64,000 nt of DNA from Hydrurus foetidus (Eukaryota): the NCBI GenBank assembly GCA_900617105.1, contig UYFQ01000001.1, forward strand, positions 2,294,001-2,358,000. The letters are read 5' to 3'. A program made the position numbers and the translations under genes. The notes beneath the pieces are model-generated. The model had not been told where the DNA came from and did no database searches. It saw nothing but the letters and a program-made list of their open reading frames with translations. Positions 1-7,760 of the stretch are shown here, one piece after another (the stretch's first letter is position 1; each line of letters starts with the position of its first letter).

Positions 1-1143
1 TGTGGCAACCCGATTTTTTTTCGCAACAGTACCTGCCTGGTTTGCAACACGCCGCTGGGATACGACACGAAACTCGGACTTTTATTACCCTTGACTCAAG
101 GGCAAGTCGCGGGCACCTGGCAACGCCATGCCGGCGGGGACCATTTTGAACAGGGCACCGACACGCCGCCATCCGAGCAGGTAACGTCTTGCTACCGGCG
201 TTGCGCTAATTTGCCAACCTCAGTGGCCTGCAACTGGCTCATCGACGCGGCAGAGCCCGTCAACACGACACTGTGCCAGGCGTGTGGCCTCAATCGCACC
301 ATTCCTGATCTGATGGACGCTACACGGCCGGAAAACAGCCTGTATTGGGGACGCATAGAGCTTGCCAAGCGCCGCATGCTGGCGGGTGTGCTGGGCCTTG
401 GACTGCAGGTAGTTTCAAAATTCGAAGACGTTGAAAACGGCTTGGCCTTTGACCTGGTTAGCGACCAGCCGGGTGCAACCGCTGTATTGACCGGGCACGA
501 CAGCGGTTTGATTACCCTGAATTTGCAGGAAGCTGACGATGCCGCCCGGGAAGCCATTCGCAGTGCGATGCATGAACCGTACCGCACGCTGTTAGGGCAT
601 TTCAGGCATGAGATAGGGCATTACTTTTGGGACAGGTTGATAAAAAATTCAGGATTTCTGGATGGATTTCGCCAACTTTTCGGCGACGAATCGCAAGACT
701 ACGCCGCCAGCTTGCAAAACAACTACACCTACGGTCCACCCGACAACTGGCAGCTCAATTACATCAGCAGTTACGCGAGCACCCACCCATGGGAAGACTG
801 GGCAGAAACTTGGGCGCACTACCTGCATGTGCGCGACACGCTGGACACGGCGATGAGTTTCGGTTTGACTGTCAATTCTGCCTTGTTGGAGTTCACGCCT
901 TTTACCAGCGCGGCCCTTTTAAATCCCAATGATGAAACAGCCGCCTCTTTTTTGACCTTTCTGAACGAATGGACTGGCCTGACGGTGCTGCTCAATGAAA
1001 TGAACCGCACCATGGGGCAAGGCGATTTTTACCCGTTCGCCATACCGGGGCCGGCAGTGGCCAAACTGCATTTTGTGCATGTGGTGATTGCAAGCGTTGG
1101 GCAGCAATTTCCCCGTGCGCTGAACAGCACGCCGTCTGCATAA
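1..1143 (+). CDS. Putative zinc-binding metallopeptidase (DUF2248-like) with N-terminal zinc ribbon, 5' end outside the window
   Basis: Frame 1 is open from base 1 (CGNPIFFRNSTCLVC), so the gene starts before the ORF-track start at 91; HFRHEIGHY zincin motif and SYASTHPWEDWAETWAHYLH motif. Confidence 0.85.
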   Translation, partial: CGNPIFFRNSTCLVCNTPLGYDTKLGLLLPLTQGQVAGTWQRHAGGDHFEQGTDTPPSEQVTSCYRRCANLPTSVACNWLIDAAEPVNTTLCQACGLNRTIPDLMDATRPENSLYWGRIELAKRRMLAGVLGLGLQVVSKFEDVENGLAFDLVSDQPGATAVLTGHDSGLITLNLQEADDAAREAIRSAMHEPYRTLLGHFRHEIGHYFWDRLIKNSGFLDGFRQLFGDESQDYAASLQNNYTYGPPDNWQLNYISSYASTHPWEDWAETWAHYLHVRDTLDTAMSFGLTVNSALLEFTPFTSAALLNPNDETAASFLTFLNEWTGLTVLLNEMNRTMGQGDFYPFAIPGPAVAKLHFVHVVIASVGQQFPRALNSTPSA

Positions 1144-1177
1144 AAAAACGCAAGCAGCGTGAGCTCTTGCGTTTTTT
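1143..1177. terminator. Bidirectional intrinsic terminator between convergent genes
   Basis: AAAAAACGCAAG(C)AGC-GTGA-GCTCTTGCGTTTTTT hairpin with A and T tails. Confidence 0.8.
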
Positions 1178-1233
1178 CGCCCGATGCGTCAGGCCTTTGG
1201 TGCAATACTTGGTCTAAGAAAAGTTACACCCCG

Positions 1234-1731
1234 TCAGCTGCCTTTAACAACCAGTTTGTTATCAACTGCGGTAACGCCTTTAATGCTTTTCGCTATGGTT
1301 GTCGCCCGATCTCGTGCGGCAGCGGTCGGTGCCGGGCCATAAAGAGTGACGTTACCATTTTTGGTGTCTACATCGATCTTGATGGCGCTTAAATCGGCAT
1401 CTTTGGCAAAACCGGCCGCAACCGAGGCCGTAATGGCCACGTCGTCTGCAGAGCCGATCATGGAGTCGCCAGCTTTGCTGCCTGAAGCCTCGGCCTTTTT
1501 CGTCGCGTCTTTGATTGCATTGCCTGCATTGGTCATTGACGTCTCGGCTTTGGCTTTCGCTTCTGCCGCCGCTTTTTCCGTGCTGGTCACCGCTGCATCA
1601 AGCTTTTGACCCGCCGTCTCGTTTTCACCCGCTTTGTTGCAGGCGCCCAGCGTCGTCAAGGCCACCAATGAACAGGCCAGCGCCAGCGTTTTGAAGGAAT
1701 AAGGTGCAGTAGCGTGTTGATGTGTGGTCAT
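1234..1731 (-). CDS. BON-domain (OsmY-like) lipoprotein
   Basis: Lipobox LGAC; C-terminal BON domain DDVAITASV...IDVDTKNGNVTLYG...GVTAVDNKL; ATG at 1731 follows AAAGG. Confidence 0.9.
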   Translation of the reverse strand: MTTHQHATAPYSFKTLALACSLVALTTLGACNKAGENETAGQKLDAAVTSTEKAAAEAKAKAETSMTNAGNAIKDATKKAEASGSKAGDSMIGSADDVAITASVAAGFAKDADLSAIKIDVDTKNGNVTLYGPAPTAAARDRATTIAKSIKGVTAVDNKLVVKGS

Positions 1732-1742
1732 GACGTACACCT

Positions 1743-1940
1743 TTACAACTTGTCGATGACTTTTTGTGCTTTGTCTTTGGCGTGTTGCTTGGCATCGCCA
1801 AAACCAGCCTGAACTTTGCCTTTAACCTGCTCTGCCAAGCCTTCGGTTTGGAGCTTGTCATTGCCGACGACTTTGCCAGCAGCTTCTTTGACTTTACCGC
1901 TGGCTTGCTCAACGCGGCCTTTGATTTGGTCTTTGTTCAT
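1743..1940 (-). CDS. CsbD-family stress protein
   Basis: MNKDQIKGRVEQASGKVKEAAGKVVGN...GKVQ pattern; adjacent to the BON gene. Confidence 0.9.
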   Translation of the reverse strand: MNKDQIKGRVEQASGKVKEAAGKVVGNDKLQTEGLAEQVKGKVQAGFGDAKQHAKDKAQKVIDKL

Positions 1941-2029
1941 GATGCGTCCTTTGAAAAGTTAAAAATAGCAAGTAGCCGTGTTGTAGCCACCTGTCGATTA
2001 ACTTTAAAGTCGCCGTCGACTCAAGGCCG

Positions 2030-2656
2030 TCAGAGGCCGCCGCTTTTTTTGTAGGACGGGGGGCGGTTTTTGGCAGGGTAACAACTGCCATGCGCCTTGC
2101 GAAACAGCCTCGGCTCTTGGGCCTGCGCTTGTTCAAAGAGACCGCGCCGCGCCGCTTGCGCCTGGGCAAATTCGCTGGCGTAGGGCGCTTTTTTACCGCG
2201 GTAGGTGTACACCCAGGCGTGGCCATTTGCCACCAGCCAGCGGCCCATGTCCTGGCCCTGCAGGTACACGGTGCCGACCGCTCGGCCGTAATCGTCATGC
2301 GCACCGGAAGTGACGGTCACGCTTTGTCCCAGCACCCGACTTTTAAGCGCAGCCTGCGCTTGCGCGCCGCCTGCCTGGCAAATCTCCGGCGCGTCAATGC
2401 CTTGAATGCGTACTTTGAGCGGTTTGTTGTGCGCGCCGATTTGCACCCACACCGTGTCACCATCGACCACATACGTCACCACGCCTGACTGGGCGCGCCG
2501 CGCAGCCGCTAGTGCCTGAGGAGATACTGGCAACAGCACAGCCAGCACTGCCATAAACACTATTAAATTAGGAGCTTCTCGCGCCTGTATCCATTGGCCT
2601 ATAGCGTTAAATGACTCGAAAAAAGTGCTGTTTTTCAACCGTATTGACTGTTTCAT
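2030..2656 (-). CDS. Thermonuclease (SNase-like) family protein, probably exported; start uncertain (2656 or 2554)
   Basis: VVDGDT, VRIQGIDAPE, DDYGR, LVANGHAW and AQAARRGLF motifs. Confidence 0.88.
   Translation of the reverse strand: MKQSIRLKNSTFFESFNAIGQWIQAREAPNLIVFMAVLAVLLPVSPQALAAARRAQSGVVTYVVDGDTVWVQIGAHNKPLKVRIQGIDAPEICQAGGAQAQAALKSRVLGQSVTVTSGAHDDYGRAVGTVYLQGQDMGRWLVANGHAWVYTYRGKKAPYASEFAQAQAARRGLFEQAQAQEPRLFRKAHGSCYPAKNRPPSYKKSGGL
2559..2624 (+). repeat. Dispersed N7 element, copy 1
   Basis: ACTAT-TAAATTA-GGAGC-TTCTCGCGC-CTGTATCCATTGGCCTATAGC. Confidence 0.8.
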
Positions 2657-2802
2657 TAAAAATTTTTAGCATACACCGTGACTGCCCAATTTATACGGAC
2701 CCTGAGTCAAACTTTGGAGGGCCCATCACAGCTGCACATCACCTTGCGCAGCCATGAGCGCGGCCCTTTGCCTTGCTGAATCGAAGTTAACCGGGAATTT
2801 AC

Positions 2803-2870
2803 GCTATCTATTAAGTAGCTGCTCGCGCCCGAATCTATAAGGCAAATCCGGTAGCAAGCACCTAAAATCG
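2803..2870 (+). repeat. Dispersed N7 element, copy 2
   Basis: GCTAT-CTATTAA-GTAGC-TGCTCGCGC-CCGAATCTATAAGGC. Confidence 0.8.
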
Positions 2871-2910
2871 ACCTAAATAAAGATGTCTTTCAAAATTGCC
2901 CCTGGTCTGC

Positions 2911-5487
2911 TCATGATGTGCTTTTGCTCCGTTTTGGCGCCGCAGGTTCTTGCATGCCCGATACGATGCGCTCTAGCCGGGCCGACAACTGCTCGGTGCT
3001 GAGTTTTTCTCTCAAGCGCTCCACCATCAGCGGCACGCAAAGTGGGCTGGGCTTGCTCAAGGCGTGAAACATCAAGGTGCCCGCGTTGATTTTCTCAAGC
3101 GTGGCAGACAGCCGCGACAGCTCCAGCTCTTGCGACAGCGCTTCTCTGCTGGCTTGAGCCAGCAACAAATTGTCAGTATCGTATTTTTGAAACACATCGA
3201 AAAACAAACTGCTGGACGCTTGAAGACTCTTTAAGCTTTGCGGCGCACCGGGATAGCCAGTAAAAATCAGACCTGAAATTCGCGCAATTTCTCGAAATCG
3301 CCTGCGCGCCAGCTCCGACGAATTGAGCGATTCCAGCACGTCACGAAGCAATTCGCCGCTGGAAAAAACCGACTTGTCTTGCACTGCTGAAATGTCAAAC
3401 GGCTGCGCGCAAAGCAGCTCAAAACCATAGTCATTGACAGCGATGCTAAAGGTGGCGGGTTGCAGGCGGGCAAGACGCCAGGCCAGCAAACTTGCCAAAC
3501 CAAGGTTTACGTGGCGGCCTGCAAACGGGTACACAAACACATGGTGGCCCTCGCGCGAGGCAAACGTTTCAACCAGTAAGGTGCCCGGCACCGGCAAACT
3601 CGACAGCAGCAGCTGCGTTTGCAGCATCGGCTGCGCAGCCTGCATTTCGGGCTCAGCAAAGTCGCCGTGGGCGGCGCGCAGCGTAAGCGCTAGCACGGCA
3701 TCAGCCAGCTCTGACGACAGCGGCATTTTGCCGCCTTGCCAACTGGTGATGACACCTTTCGGTTTAACGGCTTTTTTCACCTGCGCCGTCATTTCGTGCA
3801 CGCGCACAAACTCCAGCAAACGCCCGGCAAATACAAAGCAGTCGCCCTTTTTAAGCCGGGCAATAAAACTCTCTTCTACGCTGCCGAGTTTGGCGCCGCG
3901 CTGGTATTGCACTTGCAGCGCGCCGTCGCTGACGATGGTGCCAATGCCCATGCGGTGTCGGCGGGCTGTGACTGCGCTTGGCACGCGGTACACGCCTTGC
4001 GCATCAGGCGCAATGCGGTGGTAGTCCGGGTAGGCAGACAAGCTGGTACCGCCGCGCTCACAAAACGCCAGCGCCCAGTCGAATTCCGCTTGGCTTAAGT
4101 CGCGGTAGCTCCACGCGGTTTTAACTTCAGCAAACAACGCTGCGCGCGTAAAGCCGCCACCCAGCGCCACAGTAACCATGTGCTGCACCAGCACGTCGTA
4201 GGGCTGGCTAGGCACCTCGCGTTTTTCAATATTGCCTGCTATGGCGGCATTGCGCGCGCCGGCCGCTTCCAGCAACTCAAACGTGTTGGTGGGCACCAGC
4301 GTGACGCGGCTGGCGCGCCCCGGCGCGTGCCCACTGCGCCCAGCGCGTTGCAGCAATCTGGCCACGCCTTTGGCCGAGCCAATTTGCAGCACGCGTTCAA
4401 CCGGCAGAAAATCTACACCCAAGTCGAGCGACGAAGTTGCCACCACTGCGCGAAGTCGGCCTTCCTTCAAGCTCAGTTCAACCCAGGCCCGCACGCTTTT
4501 ATCAAGGCTGCCGTGGTGAAGCGCAATGTGGCCCGCCCAATCGGGCTTGGCCGCAAGCAGCAGCTGGTACCAGATTTCGGCCTGCGAGCGCGTGTTGGTG
4601 AACACCAAAGTGGGGCCTGACTCGTCGATGGCTTGCACCACAGAGTCAACCATGCGCGCACCCAAATGCCCCGCCCATGAATACTTGCCCGGGTTGTCTG
4701 GCAGCAGCGTGTCAATGACTAATTTTTTAGTCGTGCCGCCTTGCACAATCTGCCGCGCAGCGCCGCCTGCCAGGTGATTTTCGGGGCCCAGCAGCGACTG
4801 CAGCGCGTGGTCAAGGTTGCCCAGCGTTGCGCTCATGCCCCACACCATCAACTTCGGGTTAAGTCGTGTCAATCGCGCTAAAGCAAGCTGCAGCTGCACG
4901 CCGCGCTTGCTGCCCATCAGTTCATGCCACTCGTCAACGATCACCACCTGCACAGTAGCCAGCTCGGCAGGCGCATTGGCTCTGGCCAGCATCAGGCTGA
5001 GGGATTCAGGTGTGGTTAGCAGCGCAGTGGGCCAGCGTGCGCTTTGGCGGGCACGCTCGGCAGTTGGCGTGTCGCCGGTTCGCGCGCCCAGCGTCCAGTG
5101 CGGCAACAAATCATCTAGTGGCGTTTTTAAAGCCCGCATCGAGTCAGCGGCTAACGCCCGCATGGGCGTGATCCAGAGCATAGACAACGGTGGTGCGGCG
5201 CTGCGGCGTTTGGCGGGCGGTGCAGCTGCATCAAGTAATTTTTTGTCTTTGGCCGCGGGCTGAGCGGTTAAAAAATACTGCAACACACCCAGCCACACCG
5301 CATAGGTTTTACCGGCCCCTGTGGTGGCGTGCAACAAGCCGCTGTCGCCCCGCGCCATGGCCCGCCACACCTCTTGCTGAAACGCAAACGGCTTCCATTG
5401 CCGACTGGCCATCCACGCCTGCACTTCCAGCGCTTTGCCCGCAGTCTTCTGGGCGGCTTTTACTGCCGTGTTTTTGGCTGTGCTCAC
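2911..5487 (-). CDS. Ligase-associated DNA damage response DEXH helicase (Lhr-core family)
   Basis: ATTGAGKT Walker A, DEWHE, SATLGN, HHGSL, ATSSLDLGVD, QRAGRSGH; C-terminus ARRRFREIARISGL...ERLREKLSTEQL. Confidence 0.93.
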   Translation of the reverse strand: MSTAKNTAVKAAQKTAGKALEVQAWMASRQWKPFAFQQEVWRAMARGDSGLLHATTGAGKTYAVWLGVLQYFLTAQPAAKDKKLLDAAAPPAKRRSAAPPLSMLWITPMRALAADSMRALKTPLDDLLPHWTLGARTGDTPTAERARQSARWPTALLTTPESLSLMLARANAPAELATVQVVIVDEWHELMGSKRGVQLQLALARLTRLNPKLMVWGMSATLGNLDHALQSLLGPENHLAGGAARQIVQGGTTKKLVIDTLLPDNPGKYSWAGHLGARMVDSVVQAIDESGPTLVFTNTRSQAEIWYQLLLAAKPDWAGHIALHHGSLDKSVRAWVELSLKEGRLRAVVATSSLDLGVDFLPVERVLQIGSAKGVARLLQRAGRSGHAPGRASRVTLVPTNTFELLEAAGARNAAIAGNIEKREVPSQPYDVLVQHMVTVALGGGFTRAALFAEVKTAWSYRDLSQAEFDWALAFCERGGTSLSAYPDYHRIAPDAQGVYRVPSAVTARRHRMGIGTIVSDGALQVQYQRGAKLGSVEESFIARLKKGDCFVFAGRLLEFVRVHEMTAQVKKAVKPKGVITSWQGGKMPLSSELADAVLALTLRAAHGDFAEPEMQAAQPMLQTQLLLSSLPVPGTLLVETFASREGHHVFVYPFAGRHVNLGLASLLAWRLARLQPATFSIAVNDYGFELLCAQPFDISAVQDKSVFSSGELLRDVLESLNSSELARRRFREIARISGLIFTGYPGAPQSLKSLQASSSLFFDVFQKYDTDNLLLAQASREALSQELELSRLSATLEKINAGTLMFHALSKPSPLCVPLMVERLREKLSTEQLSARLERIVSGMQEPAAPKRSKSTS

Positions 5488-5495
5488 ACAACAAC

Positions 5496-6317
5496 TTACG
5501 CAGTAATGATCCAGCCTTCAAGCGGATCGATGTTGGCGGGCAGGCCATATTTAGCCGCGCCTGACTCATGCTGCGCCTCTGCCCAAGCGGCCTGCATCAG
5601 GCACAGCACCGCATCCAGGCTGTCGCCTTTGGCGTCCTCGACCAGCATGTCGCGCTGTGCGTGGGTGAGTTTTAGCCGCAGTTGAAGGTGCGTTTGGCCC
5701 AGCTCAAGCGCGGTAATCAGGTCTTTGCGTGCAATGAGGCGATCCGGCGTTTGCTTGGCCTTGGTGTCGCTTTTGTAGCTACGCTTACCCAGCACCTCGC
5801 GCGCCAGCAGTCCGGGGTAGCCTTCCAGTGCCACGCGGCTTTTGTCACCTGCGTGCAGCCCCGGCAAATCAACCCCCGCGGCCAGCAAACGTGGTGCTCC
5901 CGCATGCAGCATGTAGGCCACTGGCGGGTTCACCCACTTCATGGACGGGCTGGAGCCCGCTGGTATATCACAAGCGCGATGCGCAAACTTGCCGCCTACT
6001 GGGCGAGCGTTGCAAAACGCAGCAAAGGTGTTGCGAATTTCCTCGCGGCTCAAGCTGGCGTAGTGAGCCATCAAGGTCGGCCAGGCAGCAGGCCAGGCCA
6101 AATGCTCAATTAGCTCGCGCGGCAAACCGAACGGCAGATCAAACACACCCAGCCAAGGTTCGGGTTGCGCAAGCCACGTGTCAAACGCGTCAAGCGACGG
6201 CAAGTACTCTGTTTTTGATAGCTGCACGCGCCCGTTTTTACTGGCGCCAATGGCTAAAACAATCGGTTTTTGGCGGGTGGGGCTGCTAGAAAAATCGCAG
6301 CCCAGCAGCACAGTCAC
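5496..6317 (-). CDS. DUF429-family protein (predicted nuclease, RNase H-like)
   Basis: N-terminal GCDFSS, FDLPFGLP, LEGYP and DSLDAVLC acidic motifs. Confidence 0.75.
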   Translation of the reverse strand: MTVLLGCDFSSSPTRQKPIVLAIGASKNGRVQLSKTEYLPSLDAFDTWLAQPEPWLGVFDLPFGLPRELIEHLAWPAAWPTLMAHYASLSREEIRNTFAAFCNARPVGGKFAHRACDIPAGSSPSMKWVNPPVAYMLHAGAPRLLAAGVDLPGLHAGDKSRVALEGYPGLLAREVLGKRSYKSDTKAKQTPDRLIARKDLITALELGQTHLQLRLKLTHAQRDMLVEDAKGDSLDAVLCLMQAAWAEAQHESGAAKYGLPANIDPLEGWIITA

Positions 6318-6318
6318 T

Positions 6319-6741
6319 TCAAGACCGGCCGATGATGGACGCCGTGGCCATCAGCTCTTCAAGCAGCGCCAACGACATCTTGCCCGACACCGAATACGGG
6401 TCAAGCTCGGGCTTTTCAGAATACTTCAACAAAATGGAATTGTTGAGTTTGGCCACGTTCACCTGGCCCATCGTCCAGCCGCCAAAGCGCCGCTCGCTGA
6501 TTTCTTCATAGCTCAACAGCACCACATCTTTATGGCGCGCATCTTTTTGAATGTGTCCATACAGCTCGCTGACCTGCATGCGGCCGCCCTCAAGCGCCTG
6601 CAAAAATATACCGCCGCCGTAGCACAGAATGCCGGTAATGCCGCTGGCTGGGTTGTGGGTGCGAGACTGCGCAAGAATGGATTCAGTAGCAGAAGCCGCC
6701 GGCTCAACTACCCGGCTTGCGTATAAAAGACGTACCAACAT
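6319..6741 (-). CDS. Stand-alone BLUF blue-light sensor
   Basis: LLYAS (Tyr), HNPASGITGILC, FLQALEG (Gln), IQKDARH, RRFGGWTM. Confidence 0.95.
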   Translation of the reverse strand: MLVRLLYASRVVEPAASATESILAQSRTHNPASGITGILCYGGGIFLQALEGGRMQVSELYGHIQKDARHKDVVLLSYEEISERRFGGWTMGQVNVAKLNNSILLKYSEKPELDPYSVSGKMSLALLEELMATASIIGRS

Positions 6742-6818
6742 GATGTGAATTCCTCAACAAAAACCGGGTGCTTGAAACGAGCCGAGTTTTACTCGACAAG
6801 CCGTAAATTGAAAGACTG

Positions 6819-7556
6819 TTACTTCGACGACGCCTTGGGAATCAAAGCCAAAAATTCGCGGCGCAAGTTCGGGTCTTTCAAAAACCGGCCGCGCATGACG
6901 GAATTGATCATCTTGCTGTCCAGGTCTTTTACGCCGCGCCAGCCCATGCAAAAGTGGCTGGCCTCCATCACGATTGCCAGGCCATCGGGAGATGTTTTTT
7001 CTTGAATCAAGTCGGCCAGCTGCACCACGGCTTCTTCCTGAATTTGCGGGCGGCCCATGATCCACTCGGCCAGGCGTGCGTACTTAGAAAGCCCAATCAC
7101 GTTGGTGTGCTCGTTAGGTAAAACGCCAATCCAGATCTGCCCGATCACGGGGCACAAATGGTGCGAGCAAGCGCTGCGCACAGTAATCGGCCCGACGATC
7201 ATCAGCTCATTCAAATGCTCGGCATTGGGGAACTCGGTAATCGGCGGCTGCGGCACGTAGCGGCCTTTGAACACTTCGTTCAAATACATTTTGGCTACGC
7301 GGCGCGCGGTATTGTTCGTGTTGTGGTCGCTGGCGGTGTCGATCACCATGCTTTCCAGCACGCCCTGCATTTTGATTTCGACCTCATCGAGCAGCTTGTC
7401 CAGCTCGCCAGGTTCGATGAACTGGCTGATGTTGTCGTTGGCGTTAAAGCGCTTGTGCGCTGCGGCGATCCGTTCGCGAATTTTTACAGACACCGGCGTG
7501 CCGATATCGTCATGCGTCGCAAGGTCTGATGAGTTTGGAGTAGTTTTCATAAGCAT
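6819..7556 (-). CDS. folE: GTP cyclohydrolase I
   Basis: TARRVAKMY, SACSHHLCP, GLSKYAR, PQIQE, HFCMGWRGV. Confidence 0.95.
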   Translation of the reverse strand: MLMKTTPNSSDLATHDDIGTPVSVKIRERIAAAHKRFNANDNISQFIEPGELDKLLDEVEIKMQGVLESMVIDTASDHNTNNTARRVAKMYLNEVFKGRYVPQPPITEFPNAEHLNELMIVGPITVRSACSHHLCPVIGQIWIGVLPNEHTNVIGLSKYARLAEWIMGRPQIQEEAVVQLADLIQEKTSPDGLAIVMEASHFCMGWRGVKDLDSKMINSVMRGRFLKDPNLRREFLALIPKASSK

Positions 7557-7599
7557 TTCACACTATATTACCAGTGCGCGGCGTTGAAGCTATTTCAAA

Positions 7600-7677
7600 G
7601 GTTTTTGGCTCAATCTCAGGGTGTTTTGGGTCTAGTGTCCTTATTTTATGGGCGCGAGCAGCTATTACTTTTATAGC
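7600..7677 (-). repeat. Dispersed N7 element, copy 3, in the folE / M16 divergent intergenic region
   Basis: + strand GGCGCGAGCA-GCTAT-TACTTTT-ATAGC. Confidence 0.8.
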
Positions 7678-7760
7678 TTTATTTTGAGTCCACCTGCCAG
7701 CCTCTGGGGATTCAACAGCGAGACATTGGCTTTCCCCGTGCGGCAATTTAAAGTTACGCC

